Shown here piece by piece: positions 38,042 through 49,985 of a stretch of 64,000 bases of DNA. This DNA comes from Eledone cirrhosa (Eukaryota): assembly GCA_964016885.1 (NCBI GenBank), contig OZ024761.1, forward strand, positions 3,782,001 through 3,846,000. Direction: 5' to 3'. The position numbers and the translations under genes were made by a program. A model generated the notes under the pieces. The model had not been told where the DNA came from. It worked only from the letters and a program-made list of their open reading frames with translations, and ran no database searches. Position 1 is the first letter of the stretch; every line of letters starts with the position of its first letter.

Positions 38042-38559
38042 CAGGTCACTCACAACCAGGCCTCTCTGGGAGGTCAGTAATCCCCCTTCAGTACTACTAT
38101 GTAAACCCAACCCTTAGCAGGGAAAGCAGATGTTAAATGATGATGATGATGATGATGATATGAGTGTATATGTATGTGTGTGTGTGTATGTGTATGTCAG
38201 GTCACTCACGTGTGCTATTGGTAACATATAACCCAGTTTTCGATGCTCAGAGGGTGAGATTGGTCGAGTGCAAAGCTTTTTCCCACTTAAAAATCTTCAA
38301 AGCACAGGCATTGCTTGTTCAGGATATGTTACAGGTTTGTGTGGCTGGCCATAGCCTAAAAGTGTACTATTTTCTGTAATCTGACAAGCAATACTCTTAA
38401 CAGAGTTTGCAGCCATCATGTGTGTATGTGTGTGTGTGTATGTTTGTATGTGTGTGTATGTTGTGGTCTCATATTTCACACATACTCTCTTGTTCTCACA
38501 AAGACACAGACCAAGTTAGTATTTTATCAAAGCAATTCTTGTTACATTTTTGGCATAAT

Positions 38560-39150
38560 TTCTACAGCTAGATGCTCCTCTTAACATCAAACACAGAGTG
38601 TACTGGGTGTATCTTATGACAGTATGGCAGTTGACATGTCCTTGCAGTGACAAAAGAATCCTCACTACATCTGTTGTAATGGCTGAAAGCCCTTCCTCAC
38701 TTTACAGAGTGTACTGGGTGTATTTTATGATGGCACCAGCACTAGGGAGGTTGTCATGTCCTTGCAGTGACTAAATACTTCTCTCTTCTCTGTGTTGTTA
38801 CAGATAGAATCCTTTCCTAACATCAAACACTTTACAGAGTGTACTGGGTGTATTTTATGATGGCACCAGCACTAGGGAGGTTGTCATGTCCTTGCAGTGA
38901 CTAAATACTTCTCTCGTCTCTGTTGTTACAGATAGAATCCTTTCCTAACATCAAACACTTTACAGAGTGTACTGGGTGTATTTTATGATGGCACCAGCAC
39001 TAGGGAGGTTGCCATGACTTTGGTCAACTAAAGTGTCTTTTCTATCCTTTTGGCAAAGATTGTCCTCAGCTTAGTGCCCTTCCTAACTCCAGTTTACAAA
39101 AGTGTATTGGCTGTATTCTACCATTGTAGCATCACACAGGAGGTTGTTGT
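38560..39150. repeat. Degenerate ~130-bp tandem units derived from a SINE body
   Basis: CACTTTACAGAGTGTACTGGGTGTATTTTATGATGGCACCAGCACTAGGGAGGTTG repeated. Confidence 0.65.
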
Positions 39151-39459
39151 GCCATTAATGCAATAATAATATAAAAAACGTCTAAAGTCTCTCTCGAGCC
39201 AACAGACTCATCAAACCAGTGCTTATCCTGGTTTCCAAGGCATTAAGTGACTGAGAGTATAAGACAACTCTGGATAGGATGCCAGGCCATCACAAGGTGA
39301 AGCCCCCAGTATACATGAAATATCACTACTAGGTGCTATATACACATTACGAAGAATACTTTCAATACAATAGGCACAACACCAAAAACAACACTGCACA
39401 TAGCCAAGACACACAGAGCTGTGCTCAGTAATGTTGTAACAGTACACAATGGAAATAAT

Positions 39460-40016
39460 AACGGTTTCTTATATTGGCACAAGGCCAGAAATTTGGGGGG
39501 AGGGGAAAGTCGATTAAATCGCCCCCCCCCCCCCCCCCCCCCCAGTGCGTGACTGGTACTTTATTTTATCGATCTCATAAGGATGAAAGGAAAGTTAACC
39601 TTGGTGGGATTTGAGCTCAGATCGTAAAGAGCCGTAACTCTACTATGCTGCAAAGCATGGCGTCCGACCCTCTACCGATACTGCCAATCCACCGCCCTCA
39701 CACACAATGGAAATAATAACAATAATAATAATGTTAGTAATAATTGTTTCTACATTAGGCACAAGGCCAGCAATTATCCCAGTGTATTACTGGTACTTTA
39801 TTTTATCGACCACCGTAATAATAATAATTGTTTCTACTTTTGGCACAAGGCCAGCAATTATCCCAGTGTATTACTGGTACTTTATTTTATCTACCTCGTA
39901 AGGATGAAAGGCAAAGTTAACCTTGGTGGGACTTGAACTGAGATCATAAAGGGCCGTAACTCTATGCCGCAACGCATGGTGTCTGACCCTCTACCGTTAC
40001 TGCCAATCCACTGCCC
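39460..40016 (-). mobile_element. Two tandem tRNA-derived SINE copies plus partial tail duplication
   Basis: Same family as 5578-5761. Confidence 0.75.
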
Positions 40017-40029
40017 CTTTTTTCCAAAA

Positions 40030-40570
40030 TAATGCAAAACAATTCTGAACTTTGGGATGAAACAATGGGAAGGGTGCTATCCCTAATGTTGATAAGGGTA
40101 AGGAGTTCTGGGACATGGGGAAACAGTATGAGGCATAGAAAGGATGTCAAGTGGATAGACACCATCATGATAGACTATCAAGGAGGAAATATACAAAAAG
40201 ATATTACGATAAGGACAGTTGAAGGATGAAGTAGCCAAGAGATGGAACTGGAAAGTCCTTGGACCAGACGGGATCCACGGGTTTTGGTTGAGAGTTGCAG
40301 TGCAATGTATGAGACTGGCAACACGAATGAATGTGTCCAGAAAGATGCAGTCCCAACTAGGATAGTTACAATGCTTGTGATAAAAAATCCAAGTAAGAGG
40401 AAGTTGTGGGGAAACAACTACCCTGTAGCATGCCTAAACATAATATGGCAGATTGTCACTGGGATATTTACAGGGAAGACATATGCTTTTCTGTCACAAG
40501 AAGGAATACTTAACAAGGGAACAAAAAGGATATAGGAAGAGGTCCCAGGGTACCAAGGATCATCTGGTTG
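40030..40570 (+). pseudogene. Decayed R4/Dong-like RT fragment
   Basis: Across frameshifts: NWK..GPDGIHGFW, NYPVACLNIIWQIVTGI, QKG.RK.SQGTKDHL. Confidence 0.6.
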
Positions 40571-40755
40571 CCTATTAGGTTAACGCTTGATATAGCAGGA
40601 AGAGGGTCTTAACGTTTTGGACGCTAGTCCTTCATCAGAAAAAAGAATGAGAAATAAGATAGATTGAGGGGACGGGCAGGTTGGAATTGGAAAAAATGTC
40701 TTAACTAGGGTGGGAGTGAAAAATAGATGGGTGAGAAGAAGAAGGTAGTGTGTGT

Positions 40756-40786
<31 letters not shown>

Positions 40787-41324
40787 AATGTATATAAATT
40801 TTGCCTTCGGAAAACAGAAATCTCCTGATTTTTTGATAGCAAAAATGTTTTTTCATAACAAGAATTAGTTCATATTGCTCCACATAATGACATATTTATC
40901 CTTGCATATATTTTGCCCATCTCAAGAGAATGTCTTCATGTTTTCTAAAGGCAATATTTGGTTGTAATGTTTTTTGAAATATTTACAAATTAATTTTTCT
41001 CGGTTTCGGAAGATCCTATAAAGAGTGAAATCAGAAATTCTTTACTTAAACTTTAATCTGTACTAATAATAAATATTTGCTCTACAGGTTTATATATACT
41101 TATATATATACAGTCCTTATTATGCCCTCATTTGCTCCATGTCAAGTTGTTAGAATAGTGAAATAACTGACCTAAATGTGATTAACAAAACACCAATAAT
41201 AATAATAACAACCATAATTATTGTCGGCATTATTGAGTGAATAATTAGCTAGATGGTAATTAACTCTAATAGGCTGGGTATAAATTATAACATTTAACAG
41301 GCTGTTGTTTGTGAGGTTACAACA

Positions 41325-41725
41325 CATACACCTCGCTATCCTGACATAGCTTATGTTAGACACACACACACACCTCACTATCCTGGCACAGCTTATGTTA
41401 CACGCACACACACACACACCTCACTATCCTGGCACAGCTTATGTTACACACACACACACACCTCACTATCCTGGCACAGCTTATGTTAGACACACACATA
41501 CACACACACACATCACTATCCTGGCACAGTTTATGTTAGACACACACATACACACATCACTATCCTGGCACAGTTTATATTACACGCACACACACACCTC
41601 ACTATCCTGGCACAGCTTATGTTACACACATACACACACATACACACACACCTCGCTAACCTGGCCCAGCTTATGTTACACACACACACACCTCTCACCA
41701 TCCTAGCACAGCTTATGTTACATGT
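41325..41725. repeat. Minisatellite CACCTCACTATCCTGGCACAGCTTATGTTA + variable (CA)n, ~9 units
   Basis: Constant ~30-bp block separated by (CA)n tracts of variable length. Confidence 0.85.
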
Positions 41726-41769
41726 ATACATACACATATATATATATATGTTTCAATAACTGTTTAATA

Positions 41770-42695
41770 ATATTTAAGACTTACAACCAGTAATAAATGT
41801 TTAATAATATTGGTAAAAAATCTTCAATTTCTCTATCCAACTTATTATGGAACTTAAAATCCAAAAATATAAACTATTCTTTATCTTGGAATATATTATC
41901 ATAAGCATCTGCTTACTGAAACACAGCTTTATCCAAATTTTGCAATTTATGTGTTGAAGAAATTTTCTTTATACTTAAATGTAAGAACTCCATTAATTTG
42001 CGTAATAATTTATTTAGTTCTTGTAAACATCGTTTAAATTCAACTTGTAGATATATATATAAAATGTACGGCTTAATACGGGATGTTTGTTTACAAACAC
42101 ACTGAGCGTTATAATAAATGTTCGGTGAATCCATACGTACATATATATATGTGTGCATGTATATATATATACATACTACAGTACGTCTGTATACATATAT
42201 GTATGTACGTGTACATACTTATATTTAAGTAGCAGCCGTACTAAGAGTGGGAAATGAAATTTCGTTTCATTTTTTCCGTTTATCGTTTTCGGTGCACCCG
42301 GCTGATTAACCCACTCGATATGCAAATTGGGCTACTCAGCCGTTAATATGCATAAGGTAAGTATATACGTTCAACAATCTGGCAGGAAGGTATACGTTGC
42401 TGACGATAGCTAATAAGCTTGAAACTAGTACAGCGTTCCTTTGTCAGTGTTGAACAAACGAGCAACGATGGTTGCTAGACACTACGGCTTAATACGGGAT
42501 GTTTGTTTACAAACACACCGAGCGTTATAATAAATGTTCGGTGAATCCATACGTACATATATATATGTGTGCATATATATATACATACTACTGTACGTCT
42601 GTATACATATATGTATGTACGTGTACATACTTATATTTAAGTAACAGCCGTACTAAGAGTGGGAAATGAAATTTCGTTTCATTTTTTCCGTTTAT
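41770..42695 (+). mobile_element. Penelope-like 3' fragment with pseudo-LTR direct repeats
   Basis: Degenerate GIY-YIG C-terminus (LSNLLWNLK...WNILS...FCNLCVEE...SCKHR). ~215-bp direct repeats at 42067-42283 and 42483-42695 bracket a hammerhead. Confidence 0.75.
42369..42456 (+). ncRNA. Minimal type I hammerhead ribozyme (predicted cleavage after GUA, 42430)
   Basis: gttcaaca..ctggca.gaagg-tat-acgttg-CTGACGA-tagct(aata)agctt-GAA-ACTAGT-A-cagcgt-t-cctt-tgtcag-tgttgaac. Long bulged stem I, palindromic stem III. Confidence 0.85.
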
Positions 42696-43949
42696 AAAAT
42701 GTAATTACACGTTTAATCTTCCCTACATAATGTTTACTCTATCCAAACACCTATAATCTCTTCTCTTAAATTATATTCATATATGCTCAGAAATTTAATG
42801 TAATTCTAATTTTAATATCTTTTACTCCGTAAATATATATAATTAACTTCTCACATCTCTAATTTACTTCTTAGAACCTTTTTTTAAAAATATTTTTACT
42901 TCATAAATATCTTTATTTTTACCTTTATTTTTACCTTTACTTATCTTACTTCCAAAATATCTCATAACCTTTTTAGAATGATAACTTAAAATTTTAAAAA
43001 AATTTTTAAATTTAAAAATTTTTTAAAAAATTATAAAACATTATTCTTTTTGGGTCAACTAATATTTTAATATTTTTTTAATTATATATTTTCCAATATT
43101 TTAAACACTTTTAAATATTTTAAATATTTTAAATATTTAAGTATTTTTAATATTTTAAATATTTAAGTATTTTCAAATATTTCTTAATACTTCTTTATAT
43201 TTTTGAATAATTTTAGCTTTTAATTCTAATTTATGAATAATTTTAAAATGTTTTTAAACATTTAAAAAAATGTTTGTGTATCTTCGGAGTTTTTTTGAGA
43301 TTTAAAAAAAATCTCCCCAAACTTTTTATAGTTTTTTATAGTCTGAATTTTTAAATGGTTTTAGTATATACTTTTAATTAATTATTTAATCTTTTGTAAA
43401 CTTTCGTAAATTTTCGTAATCTTTGTAATTTTTCCAAGTATTTAAGATTTGACTTACAACCAGTAACAAACTCTGGCTAAATATATCTTTTAAACATATT
43501 TTTGTCAAACTTATCTCATAATAACCAATAAATAAACAAAACTGGATTTTCAATATTTTTCCAATGTAAAACATTATGCATTTAAATAATGTATCATCTA
43601 TAACATGACATACTCATCTATATTCATATATTCTTATTAATATATTTTATTTTAATATATCTTTATTTTAATATAAATATAGCATAAAAACATGATATAT
43701 TTACGATATACGTACTCATCCTTGGATAAGCTTATTTCTTCACACTCTCTTCCTCCACTTTTTTCACTATAACTCTGCATATAATAATATTTTTTCTCTC
43801 TTCTTTCTCTTTTTTTCTCTCTCTTTTTTCTCTCTCTTCTTCTAACAGTATAATTTAAATAAACGGTTGTTTCTTCAATTTTTTCGGACATTCATTTGCA
43901 TACTCACACAGAACTTTGAATTACGCTCAATAAAAATGTTTATGTCAAC

Positions 43950-44047
43950 ATTTATAAAACAAATTTTGTATTTTATCTGATGAAAGCGCACCAAAACTGC
44001 CTTGGTTGCCCTTGAAATATATATAAAATAATTATGGTTTTATAAAT
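43950..44047 (+). ncRNA. Hammerhead ribozyme-like motif with long stem II
   Basis: atttataaaac..tattttat-CTGATGA-aagcgcaccaa(aactgcc)ttggttgccctt-GAA-ATATAT-ataaaata..gttttataaat. The cleavage-site register appears off by one nucleotide. Confidence 0.6.
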
Positions 44048-44070
44048 ATAGTTTCCATTTATTAATATAT

Positions 44071-44129
<59 letters not shown>

Positions 44130-44131
<2 letters not shown>

Positions 44132-45190
44132 CAGTAAAGAAGAACACATAGAGACATTCAATATAGAAGATAATATGCATGGTAACCAAAACCTCACACC
44201 CAGGGAAATTGCCCAGCAGTACCACAATGAATCCATGGATTAAAACCTGCAGACTTATCAACAAAAAGTCATGCATGGATATGTTGCCAGGAAGAACAAG
44301 AAATACCAACAAAATACTTAATGTACAAAAGAGATAGGGATGCAGGCAAAACACCTAGATGTGACAAGTGCAGACTCTGCAGAATTAACATCGAAGATGT
44401 CACCCATGTTATAAGCAGCTGTCCAAAGATGTCATCGCGGTACTATCTACCTATGAGGCATGAAGTAGTGGCCCAAACACTACAATGCAATCCATAGAAA
44501 AGACAGCCCCGATAATAAACACATTAAAAGCTACAGCAATGTGGAAGACATCCATGTACATAATATGAAAGAGTACTGGTGGAATGTTCTAGTAAAAACC
44601 TCAATAAAATGCAGGCATAACAGACCAGATATTATGATATGGGACAGGGAAAAGAAAGCATGCACAGTAGTGGAAGTTAGCTGCCCAGCAGATGCCAATA
44701 TAATATCAAAGATTAGCGAAAGGGAGAATATTTATGCAGAACTAATGAGAAATCTGCAGATACTCCACCCTGATTACACCTTCAGATTTATGCCTGTGAT
44801 TATTGGGACACTGGGGTATGTTAGTAACTGCCTCAATACAAATCTTGAGAAGCTAGGCTTCACAGGAACAGAAAGAACACAACTAGTTTGGAAATTACAA
44901 GTACAATCCATTAATGGAACAGTAAAAATATGTAAAATATACAAAAGATTTTGCATCTAATAACTGCATATACACATGTACAGATACAAAGCATATACAC
45001 ATGCACACATACAACTCAAAACATGCACATCCACACATACAATAACATCCATATCTACACATGCAGACATACATATCTACCTAGTTGATGTTGTGTAAAT
45101 TCCAATGAGAGAGTCTTGTGTCTATATTAGAAACTGACTCTCTCTCTCTATTGGCAAACATTTGTGAAATTATAAAACTAGAAGAACAAA
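44130..45190 (+). mobile_element. Second R4/Dong-like RLE retrotransposon 3' fragment
   Basis: Homologous to 35877-36996. CRLC...H...C, HNRPD, VEVSCP. The 3' end abuts (CATA)n. Confidence 0.85.
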
Positions 45191-46068
45191 CATAAATACA
45201 TGCATGCATGCATACATACATACATACTACATACATATATACATACATACATACATACATATATACATAGGTGATGGCTGCAGACTCTGCTAAGAGTATT
45301 GCACTCACTTGTGACAGATCCTGAACAAGCTGTGCCTATGCTTTGAAGGTTTTTTTAAGTGGGGAAAGGTTTTGTACTCGACCAATTCCACTCTCTGAGC
45401 ATTGAAAGCACTACCTGAAAAGGAGAACTGGTCAACAACATCGGATGCTTCCAAAGCCGCAGGTTTTTTTTTTCAGAGTTTCCCTCTCCTAGAATGGTTT
45501 TGTGACAACAACTGGGGTCCTTTCACTCCCAGGTGGGGGGAAAAAAACAAACTACTATTTGGATGGCCGTTGATTCTGCTGAGTTCCTCCACTCTCTGCC
45601 AGGTCTTGTATTTCATCCTGCAGGGTGTCCAAATATATCACCCTCCTCACCAAGCAAGCCTGGTGGGGTTGCCGGTTTAGTCGCCGACGATCCGACCATG
45701 AGACAGGTTGTACATACATATATACATACATACATGCACTGATACATACATATTAGCTGCCCCTCATTATTGAGGATGGTTATCACATGACATCTTGAAA
45801 TATATATATATATATATATTATTATACTTTGGGAGGGTCATGCTGCTAATAAAAAACACATGTACTTGTTGCATTTCACTTCAATTTATTATAATTTCGC
45901 AGTCAGTTAGTTTAATAATCAGATGGTTGTTTATTTGTTGATTGTCAAAGCTCTTTCATCACACATTTTGTGACCACCACAGCTGCCACATCACCATCAC
46001 TACCATCTTCACTATCCTCCTTCTAGTTAACACTTTACACTCTATCGGTTGTGTTTTGATTTATTCAG

Positions 46069-46211
46069 GTGGAATGCAAGACTATAACTATATGAAAGGC
46101 AGATGTTTTGAGGTCACAGTCTACCTGGCCTGCTGCAAGTATCCACCTTCGTCACACCTGGACAGGGAATGGCAGAACAACAGGGAATCTTTATTGGACT
46201 TCATGGATCAG
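46069..46211 (+). CDS. CPD: Carboxypeptidase D-like gene, next coding exon (GGMQDYNY...CCKYP...EWQNNRESLLDFMDQ)
   Basis: TTATTCAG| acceptor and CAG|GTACGT donor. Phase 1 start matches the 9019 donor exactly. Strong M14B motif content. Confidence 0.92.
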
Positions 46212-47317
46212 GTACGTACCTATGGATATTCTCTCTTTTAATCTGGAGTTTATTTTTGACCAGCCACCTTCCTGGTGGCAAGGTTGTAAAGAAAAGGAAA
46301 TTTCAGTGGTTCTTAGAAATACTTGGACTGCCCTTCTCCTCTCTGTTTGCTCACTGAGTTTAGCTTGCCACCATAAGCAGTTCTTGGGGTGTGGCCATCC
46401 AGAGTAAAAAGTGGGATCTGGTGCACCCGACCAGCCCTTCATGTATGTATATATGTGTGTGTGTTGTGTTTGTATGAATGTGTGTAGGGTGAAAGTTAAT
46501 AAAAGAAAAAACATAGAAAGAAAAAGATAGGTTGAAAGAGGGTGGGGAAGGGGAGATAGAGGTGGTGGGAGGGTGAGAGACAAGGAAGGGTATGTGGGGG
46601 TTAGTGGGAGGAGAGAGAGAGAGGTGGGGGGGGGGGGGGGTGAGAGAAGGAGGGCATGTGAGTTAGAGGGAGGAGAGAGATAGAGGTGGTGGGAGGGAGA
46701 GAGATAGAAAGAGAAAGAGAGAGACTAAAAGAAGGTCATTTGTCTTCCCTGAAATATTCCATTGAAATATTGTTTTAAAATACAAAACATTTCAGTAATA
46801 ATTTTTGAAACTATTTAAAAACAACAACAAATTAATATTAAATAAAAAGACAAAAGAAAATTATTGAAGAAAAAATGTTTTTTAAAATAATTTTCTCGAG
46901 ACAAAATATCTATTTTTTAATTGTTTGTGAAATGTTGAGTTTACAGAGAAAGAAGTTAGTGGAAGGAATTTGATAGTTTTTAGAAGATATGGTTTCATAT
47001 TTCTATTTCTTAACATCAACACAATGGCTTTACACTTTACAATCTTAGGTTTATTTAGATTTTCCTATATTTATTATTGTTCTCTTTCCTGCATTTACAA
47101 GGCAGAGTCGTTAGAACTGGTAGAGTTGTGACGTTAGAACTGGCAGAGTCGTTAGAACTGGCAGAGTCGTTAGAATGATTTATGGTATTCGTTAGGGCTA
47201 ACTAACTGCTCTCTGAGTTCAAATTCCACCAAGGTTAACTTTGCCTTTTATCCTTTCAAGGTCGATGTGGGGCTGGGAGCTTTATGTTACATACACAGAC
47301 ACACATAAATATATAAT

Positions 47318-47632
47318 ATCATCATCATCATTCGTCAACTACTGTCGAGATGATGGATCTCACTCTCATGCCCCAGAATTCCCTGTCCCCCATTGCTGCC
47401 CCCAGGTCCCGTCTACTGATTCCTGTATCCCTAGAGATAACGTCAGGGAATGACAGCTTCCTACTCCTAGTCAGGCTGGAGTCAGGGTTCCAGAGCAAGA
47501 GAGCGGATATGATTTCATTGCTGGCACGGTGACAGTGGCCAGCAAATTGAGCTCTCCGGGATTTTAGAAGGGCAGAGGCTCGAGGGAGTTTGCCATAGAT
47601 TTTAGACAAGGTGGGATGTCGTTTCCAGGATA
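47318..47632 (-). mobile_element. RTE/RTEX-like LINE 3' end
   Basis: ORF 47328..47609 has RRAQFAGHCHR...LLLW...MGDREFW, followed by a (TGA)n tail. Confidence 0.75.
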
Positions 47633-47679
47633 TATAAATATAGAAAAGATATATAATATATAAATATAATAAAGATATA

Positions 47680-47850
47680 TAATATAGAAAAGCTTCTACA
47701 GGACTAGAACTGTTTCATTCCTGAGAAATCATCAGGAAACTGTTTGATGATTTCTCACGATTGAAACAGTTCTAGTCCTGTAGAAGCTTTTCTATATTAA
47801 ATATTTATACTCTGCTTTGTATTGAGTACCTTACTTACTATGGTTACCCC
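47680..47850. mobile_element. Palindromic Penelope-like terminal remnant (family of 4331-4450)
   Basis: Inverted arms with TGATGA...GAAACAGTTCTAGTCCTGTAGAAGC. Confidence 0.6.
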
Positions 47851-47889
47851 CGATTGAACCCGGGATACACATATATATATATATATCAT

Positions 47890-48236
47890 AATCATCATCA
47901 TCATCATCATCATTTTACGTCCACTTTTCCCTGCTAGCAAGGGTGGGACAGGAACTGATTCTGGCTTGATTTCTACAGCTGGATGCCCTTCCTAACACCA
48001 ACCTCATTTACAGTGAGTGCTGGGTGCTTTTTTGCCGTGGCACCTCCACGACCCCTTTGCAGTGGAATGATAGGGACCCCAGTCCCTATCATCTCATTTC
48101 TACAGCTGAGTAAACTGGAGCAATGTGAAATAAAGTGTCTTGCTCAAGGAAACAACACATCACCCGGTCTGAGAATTGAACTCACAACCTTTCGATTGCA
48201 AGGCCAATGCTCTAACCACTAAGCCATGTGCCTCCA
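47890..48236 (-). mobile_element. Full-length tRNA-head SINE with CORE-like middle and RTE-derived (TGA)n tail
   Basis: A box TGGCTTAGTGG, B-box-like GAGTTCAATTCT, CCTTGAGCAAGACAC middle. The tail resembles the RTE end at 27318-27365. Confidence 0.8.
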
Positions 48237-48249
48237 TATATATATATAT

Positions 48250-49136
48250 ATATGTAAATATGATAATAATGGAGCTGCGGCGCTGCAAATGGGTTACATA
48301 TGAAAAAGTTTGTCCTCATCAGTGGCCATCCAACCGTCGTAGGCATTTCGTCGCATTAGAGGCCATATACCTCAGGTTGGTGCGAGCAACGGCTAAAAAA
48401 AAGTCGTTGGGACACGTAAATAAAGGGGACGCTAGGGTAAACGAACAAAATGGTTTAAGCAGCAGAAAGTAATGAAGAAGGAAACAAGTCCCAGATTTCT
48501 ATGAATATAAATTCGGTGAAATCGTGAACAAGAGAATAAAGACCATCAAACCTGGTTGAAATGTGAGCAAGGAAGGAATTTCGCACAGGTCTAACGGGAG
48601 GAAGAAGGGGTCTGGTCTGCGAATTCGGTAAACATAAGTTCTGTGAAGTCGCAGACGAGAGAGAGAGAGAGAAAAAAATTCATACCGGCTTGGCCAAGTG
48701 CCCGCGAGAAAAGGATTACGGACAGGTCAAACGGGAAGAAAGGGGAGGAGGAGAGGTAGTGACAGAGAGTGAGTGAGTGAAAGGTGAGCAAGAGGCTAAC
48801 AGAGAGAGAGAGACTGCTAGAAAGGGTAAAGATACAAAGAACGAAACAGACTGGTGGCAGCGGACGAAAAATATATGTGTAAATATGATAATAATGGAGC
48901 TGTGGCGCTGCAAATGGGTTACATATGAAAAAGTTTGTCCTCATCAGTGGCCATCCAACCGTCGTAGGCATTTCGTCGCATTAGAGGCCATATACCTCAG
49001 GTTGGTGCGAGCAACGGCTAAAAAAAAGTCGTTGGGACACGTAAATAAGGATAAACGAACAAAATGGTTTAAGCAGCAGAAAGTAATGCGACGAAATGCC
49101 TACGACGGTTGGATGGCCACTGATGAGGACAAACTT

Positions 49137-49142
<6 letters not shown>
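48250..49142. mobile_element. Non-coding element with ~210-bp direct repeats and an inverted terminal copy (Penelope-like architecture)
   Basis: 48253-48472 matches 48878-49086. 49084-49144 is the reverse complement of ~48922-48983. Flanked by (TA)n. Confidence 0.55.
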
Positions 49143-49213
<71 letters not shown>

Positions 49214-49237
49214 TGTATGTATGTCTGTCTGTCTGTC

Positions 49238-49268
<31 letters not shown>

Positions 49269-49629
49269 GACAGTAAAGAAGAACAGATAGAGACATTCGA
49301 TATAGAACGGAATTGGGAGATCCTAAAATCTAATGTACTGAAGCTGAGAGACAAGGCAGTGGTTGTAGCAAGACTACAGGGAGAAGGAGATGGACTTGGT
49401 GGTGGAACAATAAGGGCGAGAGACAGACATGGAAGTGGTCGATAAAAAAAATAGCAGTCAAGAACTGGGGTTGATTCTTTTCCTTTCTCTCATGCCCTCT
49501 ATCCTTCTGTGAAAGAAATAGGCTGTGTTCAGACCTGGAGAAGAGATGAGCTCCAGCAGGTTTTAAAATGCCCAAGAAACACTGTGTGTTAATATGGTGC
49601 TGCTAACCACTCCTTAGGAATTACGGGTT

Positions 49630-49965
49630 CATGCATACATACATATCTACGTATGTATGTACATACATACATATGTAGATATCTATGTATATACGTACAT
49701 ACATAGATACATACATACGTAGATCTGTACATACATACATATCTATGTACGAATGTATGTACATACATACGTACATATCTATGTATGTATGTACATACAT
49801 ACATACATATGTATATATGTACATACATACGTACATAGATACATATATACGTAGATATGTATGTATGTATGTACATACATACCTAGATATATATATACGT
49901 AGATATGTATGTATGTAGATACGTACATAGATATGTATCTATCTACATATATACGTGGATATGTA
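49630..49965. repeat. Degenerate (TACA/TATG/TAGA)n microsatellite
   Basis: Read directly from the sequence. Confidence 0.85.
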
Positions 49966-49985
49966 TGGGTTTGATGAAAATAAAT

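Noticed and set aside
41325-41725. Constant ~30-bp repeat with variable spacers resembling CRISPR
   Set aside because: The spacers are only (CA)n of variable length.
48160-48236. tRNA-like sequence on the - strand
   Set aside because: It is the head of a SINE and lacks a complete cloverleaf with acceptor stem.
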